Below, piece after piece: positions 18,970 to 30,255 of a stretch of 64,000 nucleotides of DNA. This DNA comes from a virus. Taxonomy: Duplodnaviria; Caudoviricetes. The notes below the pieces were generated by a model. The model was not told where the DNA came from, ran no database searches, and saw nothing but the letters and a program-made list of their open reading frames with translations. The position numbers were made by a program, and so were the translations under genes. Every line of letters begins with the position of its first letter. The first letter of the stretch is position 1. Where the stretch lies: the IMG/VR virus record IMGVR_UViG_3300025121_000014, positions 160,001 to 224,000 of that record; one strand, given 5' to 3'.

Positions 18970-19743
18970 TTAACTATCACCCCATTCTACTTCCCAATAG
19001 TGTATAGCATATGAACAATTTTTAATATATTTTGATATATCTTTTTCTTTTCTAGAATCTGGTGGTAATGGATAAAAATAATCCACAGGAAAACATACAA
19101 CACCATTTGTTTTATCATTTACATTTTCAAAAAATTTTTTAGTATAAAAATATGTACCAGTAGTATCAAAAACATCTTTCCAATAACTATATGCAACTCT
19201 ATTCATTTTGTGTATACAATCATGTAATATTGGATGATTTGGAACACTTGCTATTATACCAATATTTAACTCTATCCATTTACTATTATACCCTATACCT
19301 GTAAAAAAATCTAAATATATTAAATCATCAAATGATTTTAAACATTCAAAATCAGTATCTATATATAATCCACCATATTTATATAGTAATTCATATCTTA
19401 ATATATCAGATTTTTGTCCAAAATGATTTGTTTGTTCATATAAGTTTCTATTAATCATATCTAATTTATCTACATCATCATTTGTCCATAATTTATATTC
19501 CCAACCTGGATTATATTTTAACCAGGATTCTTTTAATCTATTATGATATTTAGGTACAGGTTTAGTACCTACCCAAATTTGGTGTATTATTTTAGGTATT
19601 TTATCTACCTTATCTTTATTAATAATATTATAATAATTATTATCATATAATGTTTCTAATATTTTCCAATTAGGATATCTATTAAAATAATTTGTCCAAT
19701 TATCTGAATTAGATTTTTCTAATAATTCTTTGAAATCACTCAT
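18970..19743 (-). CDS. GT32 / DXD-motif glycosyltransferase
   Basis: IPKIIHQIW, SDILRYELLYKYGGLYIDTD and YAIHYW. Confidence 0.9.
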   Translation of the reverse strand: MSDFKELLEKSNSDNWTNYFNRYPNWKILETLYDNNYYNIINKDKVDKIPKIIHQIWVGTKPVPKYHNRLKESWLKYNPGWEYKLWTNDDVDKLDMINRNLYEQTNHFGQKSDILRYELLYKYGGLYIDTDFECLKSFDDLIYLDFFTGIGYNSKWIELNIGIIASVPNHPILHDCIHKMNRVAYSYWKDVFDTTGTYFYTKKFFENVNDKTNGVVCFPVDYFYPLPPDSRKEKDISKYIKNCSYAIHYWEVEWGDS

Positions 19744-20549
19744 CTAATTTTTAACTTTTTTTCCCAATAATTAAATAACAATTTATCCATATTCCAGTTA
19801 TTATTATTATTAATTCTTATGTATTCTTTTTCAAGAAAATCTTGTGTAATATCTTCCCATTCATTAACAAAACAAATTGGTAAATCTGTATAAAATTGAT
19901 TATTTATGTTAATTTTTTCAATAGGTATTGTATTAAGATATAAACATTCCCATGTTCTATGTGTATCTATTCCATTTCCTTCTGGACATATTACAAATTT
20001 ATGATTGTAAATATTATCTAAATAATTTTCAAAATTAGTACCATTTGCACCATATTCTAAATTAACCCAACTTAAATTTTTAAAAATTTCATATGGTTTT
20101 AATCTTTCTTTCCTATTGGTATCAATATGGTGATTAATATATAATAAATTTTTATGATTTTTATTTTCATTTAATTTATTAATCATTTTACTTTTTTTAT
20201 CTATATCCTTAAACCATCTATTATTTTCTAAACCGATAGGAATAGATTCTATTCTATCACTTTTAAATTTTACATTTTGTGAATACCATTTAATAACATT
20301 TTTATGTGGTTCGTCACATATATTATAATCACTATTATGTGATATTAATATTATTTTTTTATTTGTATTATTTAATTCATTAAATAAATATTCTACATGA
20401 TGTGTATGAGCATATATTAAATCATTATCTTGTAATTTATCTATATTAAAAGTATTTGTATATATATTAAATTCTGTACCTTTACGATTGTAAAAATATA
20501 TGTAATCTGCTAACTGTACAAATTTTTCACCTTGTATAAAATCTATCAT
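19740..20549 (-). CDS. Putative glycosyltransferase (exostosin-like C-terminus)
   Basis: IPIGLEN and HKFVICPEGNGIDTHRTWECLYL..IPI. Confidence 0.7.
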   Translation of the reverse strand: MIDFIQGEKFVQLADYIYFYNRKGTEFNIYTNTFNIDKLQDNDLIYAHTHHVEYLFNELNNTNKKIILISHNSDYNICDEPHKNVIKWYSQNVKFKSDRIESIPIGLENNRWFKDIDKKSKMINKLNENKNHKNLLYINHHIDTNRKERLKPYEIFKNLSWVNLEYGANGTNFENYLDNIYNHKFVICPEGNGIDTHRTWECLYLNTIPIEKININNQFYTDLPICFVNEWEDITQDFLEKEYIRINNNNNWNMDKLLFNYWEKKLKIR

Positions 20550-20550
20550 A

Positions 20551-21264
20551 TTATTTTACTAAATTTCTTTTTAAATAACAACTATTAGGTAAACCGTGAT
20601 CATCATTAATTGGACATAATAATTCTTTTTTTGGTAGTAATAATGTATATTCAAAAAAATCACTATAATGTATTAATTCAAATTTATGAGGAGAATAAAC
20701 ATTTAGATTTCTACCCCAGTATTTATATGCATATTGCTTATTAAATATACAATTTGTCCCTAGATAATATCTTATCCATTTTTTATTAATTAATCTAAAA
20801 TTATTAGATGTCATTCTCATTATTTTACAATTATTATCTTCATAAATAGATGGTACAGTCGAATGATCACTTTTTTCTATTTCAAAAAATGATGTTTTTA
20901 TTATATCAACACCATATTGTTCACATTTATTTATTAAATATTTTATATAATTTATATCATTACATATAGATATATGATCTTCCTCAAAATGTTGAAAATA
21001 ATTCTTTTCTGATTTATTTATAAATTCAATATAAATTTCATTAAAAAAGTTTATTTCGTTTGTTAATTCAAAATCAAAATTATGTTCTGTTAATTTTGAT
21101 TTAATAATATCTATATATTCGGTATTTTCTACATTTAAATAAAATTTAGATATTTCTGATAAATATGAATAACTATCTATTGTCAATAATAAATATTTTA
21201 ACCTATCATCTATACTTTCATTTATTGTTGATTTTAATTTAATATTTCCTATTATATCTATCAT
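20551..21264 (-). CDS. Hypothetical protein (possible GT-A fold)
   Basis: HFEEDH acidic motif; island context only. Confidence 0.45.
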   Translation of the reverse strand: MIDIIGNIKLKSTINESIDDRLKYLLLTIDSYSYLSEISKFYLNVENTEYIDIIKSKLTEHNFDFELTNEINFFNEIYIEFINKSEKNYFQHFEEDHISICNDINYIKYLINKCEQYGVDIIKTSFFEIEKSDHSTVPSIYEDNNCKIMRMTSNNFRLINKKWIRYYLGTNCIFNKQYAYKYWGRNLNVYSPHKFELIHYSDFFEYTLLLPKKELLCPINDDHGLPNSCYLKRNLVK

Positions 21265-21650
21265 TATTTATTTTTTATTTTAATAAATTCGTCTATATCA
21301 AATATATAATCATTTGGATCATAATTTGTATTTGACATGACAAAAAGAATAGCATCATCAGTAATAAATTTTTGAGAATCCCATATTAAATTATCCACAT
21401 AAACATATTCGTTTTTATTTAATATTTGTTTTTCTTCATTTATCCCATCAAATAATATAACTTCGATTTGTCCACTTATACAACAAAGTATTTGTTTAGT
21501 TTTATAGTGTGCATGATTACCTCTTATTGTATTAATTGGTACATCTTTTACAAAAAAAACTCGTTTTATATAATATTGAAAATCAGTTAGTTCAAAAGGA
21601 ATTAAACTTCCTAATTTACCATCAAATGATTTAAATTTGTTCACATTCAT
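21264..21650 (-). CDS. FdtA/QdtA-like sugar 3,4-ketoisomerase (cupin)
   Basis: IKRVFF..DVP...RGNHAHYKTKQ...C.SG and YDPNDYI. Confidence 0.85.
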   Translation of the reverse strand: MNVNKFKSFDGKLGSLIPFELTDFQYYIKRVFFVKDVPINTIRGNHAHYKTKQILCCISGQIEVILFDGINEEKQILNKNEYVYVDNLIWDSQKFITDDAILFVMSNTNYDPNDYIFDIDEFIKIKNK

Positions 21651-22677
21651 AATTACTATATTTTTTTAAAAATTCTTCTATTTTTCTTATATCTTCTTCT
21701 TTAAGAAAAGGATGAATAGGTATAGATATTATTTTATCATTAACTCTAAAATCAACTTTATTATATATTCCTTTTAAAGAATCCATTTCACTCACATGAT
21801 ATGGATAATGTATCATATATGGAATATTATTTTCTTTCATTTTTTCTATTATAAAATCCCTATTATTAAACATTATAACAAATTGATGATAAACAGAATA
21901 TGAATTTATTTTTATTCCTTTTACTATTTTTTTATATCTATTTGCTATTTTAATTCTTATATCATTAAATTTATAAAATTGATTAAATTTTATATTTAAA
22001 ATAGATGATTGTATTTCATCCATTCTACTATTAACACCTATAAATTCTATATTATTATTATATTGACCATAAAATCTTAACTTTTTAAAGTATTCATAAT
22101 CATCAATATTATTACAACATATCATCCCCCCATCTCCCATACTTGCTAATGGTTTTGTTGGATAAAAACTAAATACAGAATATTGACTATATATTCCTGA
22201 ACCTGATCCAGTAGATTGAGCACAATCCTCAATAATAATATGATTATTCTTAAGTGCATATTCATTTATAGCTTCCATATCACAATTATTACCAAATAAA
22301 TGAACTGGTATTATAATACCGTTTTTAATGTTTTCTGGTAATTTCTTTGGATTAATAGTCATACTATAATCAACATCAATATAATATAATTTGTCTGTTA
22401 TATTTTTACAAGCAACCGCTGTTGGATATGCACCAAAATTTGGTAATATTATTGTCATACCATTTTTATAAACTCTTTTTAAAACTAACATTATAGCATC
22501 AGTACAATTTTTAACAGATATAGCATATTTTTTACTAGTCAATTTAGTAAAATTTTCTTCTAATTTACTAGTTTCATTTCCAAATAAAAACCACCCTTTA
22601 TTTCCTATATTATTTAATGAATTTACTATATCATCTTTATAATATTCATATTCTTTACTTAAATCTAAAAATTTCAT
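21631..22677 (-). CDS. DegT/DnrJ sugar aminotransferase (FdtB/QdtB-like)
   Basis: PVHLFG, IEDCAQS, SFYPTKPLASMGDGG (catalytic Lys), NSRMDEIQ and VYHQFVI. Confidence 0.9.
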   Translation of the reverse strand: MKFLDLSKEYEYYKDDIVNSLNNIGNKGWFLFGNETSKLEENFTKLTSKKYAISVKNCTDAIMLVLKRVYKNGMTIILPNFGAYPTAVACKNITDKLYYIDVDYSMTINPKKLPENIKNGIIIPVHLFGNNCDMEAINEYALKNNHIIIEDCAQSTGSGSGIYSQYSVFSFYPTKPLASMGDGGMICCNNIDDYEYFKKLRFYGQYNNNIEFIGVNSRMDEIQSSILNIKFNQFYKFNDIRIKIANRYKKIVKGIKINSYSVYHQFVIMFNNRDFIIEKMKENNIPYMIHYPYHVSEMDSLKGIYNKVDFRVNDKIISIPIHPFLKEEDIRKIEEFLKKYSNYECEQI

Positions 22678-22687
22678 TTTCTTTTAA

Positions 22688-23422
22688 TTATTTTAATTCA
22701 ATATAACATAACCAAGTATATCCTTTACTTTCATTGAAAAATAAAGGATATTTATCTTTTTGGTCAATTTCCAATAATGGTGATACTGTCGGATATTTTT
22801 CATCCCATAAAGTATTCCATCTAGTTTTTTCATCTTTAAAAATAGGTGGCATTTCCTGATATATATCTATAATATTATTTAAATAATCAAAATTTTCTTG
22901 AATAGGTTCATATATCATTTTACCATAATAATATTTTTCATTTGATAATATTATTTTTGGTGAATAACATCCACAATTAGGATTTGGATAATTATCTTCT
23001 ATTATTATTTTTTTAAATCCTAAATTATAACAATGTTTAATTCTTTCTAATGAATCTTGATGGTCATCTAAAAAAATTAACGTATCATTTTTTGGCAAAT
23101 CTGACCAATTACTTTCCAAAAAATCTTCTGTTTGATAAATAACTTTTTCACTTTTATATTTTAAATTACTCATATCTGGATCTATAGATATTATCTTAGA
23201 ATAATGATGAGCTTGTTCAAAAAACCAAGTACCTAAACCATACCATACTCCACTTTCTATAATATATTTAGGTTTAAGTTTTTTTATAATATACCATACT
23301 GGAAATAAATGAGATGATGTCATTCCTCCATTATTATTTTTAATAGGTCTTTTTGAATATAATGTGTTAAATTCATCTATATAATTTAAAATATCTTTTC
23401 TATCCCATTTAATGTATTTCAT
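22688..23422 (-). CDS. Hypothetical protein, possible methyltransferase fold
   Basis: IIESGVWYGLGTW, SIDPD and FLDDHQ. Confidence 0.5.
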   Translation of the reverse strand: MKYIKWDRKDILNYIDEFNTLYSKRPIKNNNGGMTSSHLFPVWYIIKKLKPKYIIESGVWYGLGTWFFEQAHHYSKIISIDPDMSNLKYKSEKVIYQTEDFLESNWSDLPKNDTLIFLDDHQDSLERIKHCYNLGFKKIIIEDNYPNPNCGCYSPKIILSNEKYYYGKMIYEPIQENFDYLNNIIDIYQEMPPIFKDEKTRWNTLWDEKYPTVSPLLEIDQKDKYPLFFNESKGYTWLCYIELK

Positions 23423-23423
23423 A

Positions 23424-24044
23424 TTAATTTAATGTTTTTTTTAAAATTAAACTTCTCCATTTTATATCATTTAATCCTGCATCTACATTTTCTATTAAAT
23501 CAAATCCTGTTTTATCTAAAATTATTTTTAAATCATTTATATTTATTATAGAATGATAAGTCCAACCACCATAAGATGGATTTAATATAACAGATGTATT
23601 ATCAGTTGTAATATCTTGTCTATGTATAATAATATAATTATTAGCATAACTTAATATTTTTTCTAATATTATTAATGGGTATTGCATAATATCAATAAAT
23701 GCATTCATAATTATAATATCATAATTACTAATAAATGATAAATCTTCATCATTTATAACATCAGATATGACATAAGTTAAATCACTAAAACATACTTTAG
23801 ATACATACTTAATTATATGTTCCATATCAGAACCAGTATATTCACCTTTAATTATGGTATTTATTAATGCTCCTCCACACCCTAAATCTAATACCCTACT
23901 ATATTCTGTTTGTATTTTATCAAGTAAATTAATTAATACTTTACCATGTTGAACTTCATTTAATGGTAAATGTTTTTTAATAGAATTTATCATTTCATCA
24001 TAAACTTTTGGGATATACCAACAAGTTGTAGTATCTATTTCCAT
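23424..24044 (-). CDS. SAM-dependent methyltransferase
   Basis: RVLDLGCGG motif I; YTGSD. Confidence 0.7.
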   Translation of the reverse strand: MEIDTTTCWYIPKVYDEMINSIKKHLPLNEVQHGKVLINLLDKIQTEYSRVLDLGCGGALINTIIKGEYTGSDMEHIIKYVSKVCFSDLTYVISDVINDEDLSFISNYDIIIMNAFIDIMQYPLIILEKILSYANNYIIIHRQDITTDNTSVILNPSYGGWTYHSIININDLKIILDKTGFDLIENVDAGLNDIKWRSLILKKTLN

Positions 24045-24045
24045 T

Positions 24046-24939
24046 TTAAATATATTTTTTTAATTGGTTATCAAATTTTAATTTAAGATTATTCATATTT
24101 TCTAATATTATATTTGGGTGAATACCATTAAATTTCCTAGTAAATGTTGGTGTTCTTTTATGTGGTTTAAATTCATGAACTCCTGCATATTGCTGTTCTA
24201 TTTTTAATTTATCTTCGTTTGTTTTTGCTAAAACCCAAGGTAAATATATAGTATCAAAATAATTATCTATACAAATATCTTTACTAACCGCTCCTTTATA
24301 ATATTTTATTTTTTGATATACTTGATCTGGAAATACATATGAATAATGATACATTCTTATACCATAAGTATGTGCTAATGTATTAAAATCTAATAATTTT
24401 TCAGGAAATATATGTGCGCCAACTCTAGGATTATGTGCAATTATAGGTGGTCTATGTCTTTCCCAATACGACCCTGGATATATTTTTCTAATTCTTATAA
24501 ATGGTGCATTTTCTTCAAACCCACTTATAACATCATCAAATCCACCATAAAATGATAAACTTTTAAAAGCAACGGTTGTATATCTATGTGTTTCTAATAA
24601 TTCTAATATTTTTTGAATATCTTCTGGTTTAAATACTTCATCACTATCTAAATTCCATATATAATCATTATCATCTTTTAAATATTGCATATATGCTTGA
24701 CATTGTTCATCTTTCTCTTTGTATATAGAATGTACAATTGATATCTTATTTTCTGGATCAGGAAAATTATCAAGAATTTCATTTGTTCCATCATCTGATG
24801 TTGTCATACCTTGTTCTTGCCACCAAGTAACAGGTCCTTCTGCTATTAATATTTGATTAGCAAATGGATAAATATTTTTTAATGTTTCTTCTAAAACATA
24901 ATTTCCATTTAAAACTATTATACCAAATGCTATTTTCAT
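24046..24939 (-). CDS. GT2-like glycosyltransferase
   Basis: SDDGTNEIL and WNLDSDEVF (DxD). Confidence 0.75.
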   Translation of the reverse strand: MKIAFGIIVLNGNYVLEETLKNIYPFANQILIAEGPVTWWQEQGMTTSDDGTNEILDNFPDPENKISIVHSIYKEKDEQCQAYMQYLKDDNDYIWNLDSDEVFKPEDIQKILELLETHRYTTVAFKSLSFYGGFDDVISGFEENAPFIRIRKIYPGSYWERHRPPIIAHNPRVGAHIFPEKLLDFNTLAHTYGIRMYHYSYVFPDQVYQKIKYYKGAVSKDICIDNYFDTIYLPWVLAKTNEDKLKIEQQYAGVHEFKPHKRTPTFTRKFNGIHPNIILENMNNLKLKFDNQLKKYI

Positions 24940-25847
24940 ATCTTATATTTATCTTTTATTTGTTTAAGATGATTAAAATAATCATCATAATATTTTTGTA
25001 TTTCACCTTTAAAAAATGGACGTAAACAACTACCCCATTCTCCTTCTTTATCTATTTTATAAGTATCATTTTCATAATTTTCATCGAAATGAGAAAAATG
25101 ATTAAATAATAAATTTTGTTGTTTATTTTTCCATATAATTTTATTATCTCCTAAATATTGATATAATCCTAAATTCCAAGGAGCACCATGACCTATATCA
25201 TCATCAAATATTTTTATATTTTCATCACCAAATAACAACCCAAATGCTTCTAAATATTTTTGATCACCACAAGTACCATATTCTTTTGCCCATTGATTAT
25301 CTTTATCAATCATACAATCTCTCCACCATTTTAAACAATTTATACCAGGAACATCATTTCTAAAATATATTATACCCACGTTATATGCTCCTACATAACA
25401 ACCAAAATTATTATGTCTATGTAATATTAATCCTATACTTTTACCAATCATAATATCAAATAAAATATTAAAATCGCCATAAAATTTAATATCTGAATCT
25501 ATATAAATTAATTCTGGTAAATCAAATTTTTTCATTAAATGATAAGTTATATAAGGCGCAGATGCATAATGATAAGTAGAAACATAATCTGGTCTACCTT
25601 TCATATTATCATCAATAGATTTACTACTTTTCATTAAAATTTTAAATTCATCGTCTTCAATAATATTATTAGCATGATATGGTATTAATTTAGGATTATT
25701 TATATTTTGTATTATATTATATGTTTTATCATCTAAACATAAATAATATAATTTAAAATCTATATTTGATGTACTTTCTAAACTATCAAACAAAACTAAT
25801 CCTTTATCAATATATTTTATATCTGATAATGTAACTAAATATTTCAT
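24936..25847 (-). CDS. GT-A glycosyltransferase
   Basis: YIDSDIKF, YNVGIIYF, GDQKYL and LFNHFS. Confidence 0.75.
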   Translation of the reverse strand: MKYLVTLSDIKYIDKGLVLFDSLESTSNIDFKLYYLCLDDKTYNIIQNINNPKLIPYHANNIIEDDEFKILMKSSKSIDDNMKGRPDYVSTYHYASAPYITYHLMKKFDLPELIYIDSDIKFYGDFNILFDIMIGKSIGLILHRHNNFGCYVGAYNVGIIYFRNDVPGINCLKWWRDCMIDKDNQWAKEYGTCGDQKYLEAFGLLFGDENIKIFDDDIGHGAPWNLGLYQYLGDNKIIWKNKQQNLLFNHFSHFDENYENDTYKIDKEGEWGSCLRPFFKGEIQKYYDDYFNHLKQIKDKYKI

Positions 25848-26507
25848 TTATTTTATTTTATTTTTTATATACAATGCATCACCCCAAGTATAATCACTAT
25901 GCCAAAATGTATCATATCTATTAAAACCAAAACTATATAAAAAGCTATCTAATTCTTCAATAATTACACAATTTTTATATAATTCTACTTTATTAACTTC
26001 ACTCATTATATAATCAATATTTTCTAACGTATCAACAGAACCTTTAAATACTTCTAATTCATATCCTTGAACATCAATATTTATAAAATTATAATTATTT
26101 TTTTCAAATTTGATATTATCTAATTTTTGAATATCAATTTCTATTTTATCATTAAAAACAATAAATGGATATTGTGTTGCATGTAACAATGGTTCTAGTA
26201 AAGAACTAGATTGACTTTCATTATCATATTCAACATACATTTCTGCTTTTCCTATTTTATTACCTAATGCCATATTATATAGATTAACATTATCATCATT
26301 GATATTTATTTTTAATTTTTCAAAAGTATGTGGTAATGGTTCAAAAAACATTAAATTATTTATATTTAAATTTTTATAAACTGAATATTCACTACCTATA
26401 TGCGCACCAATATGAATAACACCTTTAATATTCATATTATATTTATTTTTTAATTGTGCTAAATTCATTTTCATTTTATTATTTTTATTTTTTAGTATTC
26501 TATCCAA
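25848..26507 (-). CDS. FkbM-family methyltransferase
   Basis: VIHIGAHIG, FFEPLP, INIDVQGYELEVFKG and WGDALY. Confidence 0.9.
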   Translation of the reverse strand: MDRILKNKNNKMKMNLAQLKNKYNMNIKGVIHIGAHIGSEYSVYKNLNINNLMFFEPLPHTFEKLKININDDNVNLYNMALGNKIGKAEMYVEYDNESQSSSLLEPLLHATQYPFIVFNDKIEIDIQKLDNIKFEKNNYNFINIDVQGYELEVFKGSVDTLENIDYIMSEVNKVELYKNCVIIEELDSFLYSFGFNRYDTFWHSDYTWGDALYIKNKIK

Positions 26508-27181
26508 TTATATTTTGAACTAACTCTTATATTTTTAGGATAATTTCTTACATATGTATGATAATATAAATTATTTGTTTTTAAATTTAAATGTTCTACT
26601 AAACATTTATAAGACGATTCCATTAAATGTATTTCTTTAGCATTTTCTATTATATAGGAATAATCAAATAAACCATATGTTTTTAACGGTCTAATTATTT
26701 TAATATTTTTAGGCAATAAATCTTCTTTTATTTTAAACCCTCTATCTATATCATCATGTACAAAAACATATTCATTTTCATTTAATCCTAATTCATTAAA
26801 AACAAATTTTTCTTTATCTATATTTCTTTCCATATAAAAATTATCCCATTTTTTATTAAAAACTATTCCTGCTAATTTATAGAATTGCATATCAAAATTA
26901 TCAGCATTTACATCACTTAATTGTAAATCACCAAATCCTATTTTTTTAAAATTTTTAATTTTATTATTTCTTATAAATGGTTCTATTACATATTCACCAT
27001 CTAAATCTATTGGGAATAATTCTACATTTATATCTAAATACATTTGTTTAACATTTTCTAAATATACTTTAAAACAAAATATATGAATTTTATCATAACT
27101 TTTATATAATTCTCTTACCATTCCGTTACATATGATATTATCACCTAATCCCATATGATGATATAAGTATAATTCTTCCAT
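26492..27181 (-). CDS. Putative glycosyltransferase (GLGD motif)
   Basis: HHMGLGDNIICNG, YVFVHDD and IENAKEIHLMESS. Confidence 0.55.
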   Translation of the reverse strand: MEELYLYHHMGLGDNIICNGMVRELYKSYDKIHIFCFKVYLENVKQMYLDINVELFPIDLDGEYVIEPFIRNNKIKNFKKIGFGDLQLSDVNADNFDMQFYKLAGIVFNKKWDNFYMERNIDKEKFVFNELGLNENEYVFVHDDIDRGFKIKEDLLPKNIKIIRPLKTYGLFDYSYIIENAKEIHLMESSYKCLVEHLNLKTNNLYYHTYVRNYPKNIRVSSKYNWIEY

Positions 27182-27993
27182 TATTTATAATATTGATTAT
27201 ATTTTTTAACATCATATTCATTAGTTCTTTTAGTAACCTGATTATATAATCTGTAATTTACTTGTGTTATTTCATATGGTACTGTTTTATCAATATATGC
27301 ATCAACATGACATTGATGTATAACTGATGGATTATCAATTATTTTTATATTCATTCCTTTTTTATGAATACGTTCTAAAAATTCATTATCATCCCAAGCT
27401 AAACCATTAGCATATCTTTCGTCAAATCCACCTAAATCATATAAATCTGATCTTGTTATAGCTGAACAAAAATGTAACATACTACGTCTATAAATTGAAT
27501 GGTTATACCAACCATTAGTTCTATTATCACATGATATATTATTATAAGGTTCTATAACATTTTTAATATTTTCTACGTAATTTTCTTCTTTATCAACATT
27601 ATTTATTAATTCAGTTAAATTTTTATCTACTGAATAACAAGCATAAGTTAAATATGTATTACCTTCTATATTTTTTTTAACAGATTCTATAATATTACCC
27701 ATATGAATACATTCTGGATTCTGTATTATAATTACATCATTTGTAATTTGATTAAATCCTATATTATATGGTATACATGGATTCATCCAATGTTTTTTAT
27801 CTTTATCTATTTTAATAATTTTAATATTCAAATCAAAAATATCTTTAAACTCAGTTATATCTTCATAACTCGCATCATCAATAATTAAAATTTCTATATC
27901 TTCATCATATTTCATATATGATGACATAGATTTTAATGTATTAAATAATATACTTTTCCTATTATAATATGACATTATTATTGTTATGCTCAT
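27181..27993 (-). CDS. GT2 glycosyltransferase, paralog of 33575-34354
   Basis: SYYNRK, IIDDAS, IIQNPEC and LGGFDERYANGLAWDDNEF. Confidence 0.88.
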   Translation of the reverse strand: MSITIIMSYYNRKSILFNTLKSMSSYMKYDEDIEILIIDDASYEDITEFKDIFDLNIKIIKIDKDKKHWMNPCIPYNIGFNQITNDVIIIQNPECIHMGNIIESVKKNIEGNTYLTYACYSVDKNLTELINNVDKEENYVENIKNVIEPYNNISCDNRTNGWYNHSIYRRSMLHFCSAITRSDLYDLGGFDERYANGLAWDDNEFLERIHKKGMNIKIIDNPSVIHQCHVDAYIDKTVPYEITQVNYRLYNQVTKRTNEYDVKKYNQYYK

Positions 27994-28002
27994 AATCTAT
28001 TT

Positions 28003-28695
28003 TTATTTTTTATAATATTTTTCAATTATAGGTGAACGCTGATCACCTAACGGTAAATCATTTTCAGCAATTGCTTCTCCAATAAAAGCAAAATTATCTA
28101 TTTTTCTATCTCTTTTTATGGGTATACCTATATTTTCATAATTATAATATTCATCATGTATTAGACAATCATTTTTAATAATCGGATATAAAATATCTCT
28201 TAGAAACATTTGATCAGTCGTTCTATTTCTATTATAATTAGCCGAATTTTTAATATAATTGTCCATTAATTCCTTTATATTAGTAATAATTCTGCCTTTT
28301 CCTCCCCACATACCAGCATTTATTACCCAACTATGACCAACTGGATGATCCCTTATTATATGAAAAGATTTATTAGATTCTATCCATTCACTAACAGCAA
28401 TTTCATCTCTTTCACTTATTCTAGAATCACAATCCCTTGATATAAAATAATCTACATTTTCACTTAAAGGAAAAAATCGCCAAGTTGAATTAATAAATCC
28501 TCTATCTTCATTAGTATTTATCAAATTAACACCATTATCTTTTAATTCATTTAAAATATTTATAGAAGTGGTATTATTATGATAAACTCTCATTTCCCAA
28601 TCAGTAAAAAGTTTTTTATGAAGCTTTGAATTATTTATAGCACCTATTGTATATTTTGATTCATTTCCATATAAAGAAAAACTTATTACTTTCAT
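28003..28695 (-). CDS. Putative glycosyltransferase-like protein
   Basis: KVISFSLYG, FISRDCDSR, HIIRDHP, AGMWG and DQ.FL. Confidence 0.6.
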   Translation of the reverse strand: MKVISFSLYGNESKYTIGAINNSKLHKKLFTDWEMRVYHNNTTSINILNELKDNGVNLINTNEDRGFINSTWRFFPLSENVDYFISRDCDSRISERDEIAVSEWIESNKSFHIIRDHPVGHSWVINAGMWGGKGRIITNIKELMDNYIKNSANYNRNRTTDQMFLRDILYPIIKNDCLIHDEYYNYENIGIPIKRDRKIDNFAFIGEAIAENDLPLGDQRSPIIEKYYKK

Positions 28696-28696
28696 T

Positions 28697-29506
28697 TTAT
28701 ATAATTTGTAATTTTTTTAAAGTATTATAAATATTATCTTCTGATATTAAATATTTTTTGGCTTTTTCAAAATTTATTTTAACATATTCAAACACTTCAT
28801 TATATTTATTTTCATTTAATGTATTTATAATATTATTTAAGTCTAAATAAGAATCAATTTGAATTATACCTCTATTATCAAAAAAATCATTAATACTTGG
28901 ACAACCGTAATATATAGGTATAGTCCCCGTCATAAAACAGTCAATTAATTTTTCTGTAAAATAATAATCTTTTTTAGTATTTTCTATTGCAACAGAAAAT
29001 CTATAATCTTTTAACCCATCTAACTTATATTCTATGTTATTAAACCCTCTTCCATATATTTCTAAACCTTTACAATTTTTAATTACATCATGTCTTAATT
29101 TATGACCAATTGTAAAATTTTTATCTGATGATATAATTGATATATTTTTTGTTTTATCATAAATTAAATGATCTTCTGGTTTTATCCAACAACCACCTAC
29201 AGGATTTAATTTAAATTTATCATTTAAATCTAATAAATCTTTATCGAATGTTAAAATTAAATCAAATTTATCATAATTATTAGCTATCCATTCGTATGAA
29301 CTTTTAGTAATAACAGGTGATTCTAATAACCAAGCTATTTTAGTTTTTATATTTAAATTAACACTTTTAAGATTATTATCAGTAAATATAACTATATCAT
29401 CAATAGAATATGGTGTTCTGTCCCATTTCATTTTTGATGATTTATTGAATAATGTGCTATATTCTACATGATTAAATATACTATCTTGTATCTTTATATT
29501 TACCAT
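28697..29506 (-). CDS. GT10 fucosyltransferase-like protein
   Basis: YRFSVAIEN..KDYYFTEKLIDCF..GTIPIYYG (GT10 alpha-1,3 FucT-like motif). Confidence 0.8.
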   Translation of the reverse strand: MVNIKIQDSIFNHVEYSTLFNKSSKMKWDRTPYSIDDIVIFTDNNLKSVNLNIKTKIAWLLESPVITKSSYEWIANNYDKFDLILTFDKDLLDLNDKFKLNPVGGCWIKPEDHLIYDKTKNISIISSDKNFTIGHKLRHDVIKNCKGLEIYGRGFNNIEYKLDGLKDYRFSVAIENTKKDYYFTEKLIDCFMTGTIPIYYGCPSINDFFDNRGIIQIDSYLDLNNIINTLNENKYNEVFEYVKINFEKAKKYLISEDNIYNTLKKLQII

Positions 29507-30255
29507 ATTAAAATTGAATTATTTTTATGTGTTTTTGGTTCTTCTTCTTTCATTGATATATTATTATTAATTAAATTAATTAATTCGTCTAAATTATAAG
29601 AATTTATATTAAATTTATCACTTATAAAATTGGCTGTTATATATCCATTTTTACAATTATTCAATATTTTATTTATATAAATATCTTGAATATTTTTATC
29701 ACACTCTGTAAATGCATAATTAGATATAACCAAATCATAATTTTCAATATCTTTTAATTGTGTTATGTCTTTAAAAAAAACATTATTTATATTGTTTAAA
29801 CTTAAATATTTTTTTGATAAATCTAATGATTCTTCTAAATCAATTAAAGTATATGAATTAAATTTAAAATATTTAGAAAAAATTAAACATTGTCCACCAT
29901 ATCCACCACCAATTTCAACTATATTTTTATTATTAAAATCCCCTAATATTATTAAATCAGATAAAACTTTAACATATCTTAATGTACTTGGTGATATATA
30001 TCCTATATTTTCAAATAATATTTTATTTGGTGTACCAAATTCATCATTAACTTTAAATTTATTAATATCATTAATCAATTGATTATTATCACGTTCTATT
30101 ACTTTTAAATATTCTTTTGCTTGACTTTCAGATGTATGTTCTAATATTTCTGTATAATCTGGCAATTGTTTAAATTTATTAAATAAAGATTGATTAATTA
30201 AAATTTGTTTAATAATATTTTTATATTTATCTGTATCACTTATACTACTTTTCAT
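29500..30255 (-). CDS. Putative sugar O-methyltransferase
   Basis: SPSTLRY, IVEIGGGYGG, LIDLEE and ISNYAFTEC. Confidence 0.78.
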   Translation of the reverse strand: MKSSISDTDKYKNIIKQILINQSLFNKFKQLPDYTEILEHTSESQAKEYLKVIERDNNQLINDINKFKVNDEFGTPNKILFENIGYISPSTLRYVKVLSDLIILGDFNNKNIVEIGGGYGGQCLIFSKYFKFNSYTLIDLEESLDLSKKYLSLNNINNVFFKDITQLKDIENYDLVISNYAFTECDKNIQDIYINKILNNCKNGYITANFISDKFNINSYNLDELINLINNNISMKEEEPKTHKNNSILIW

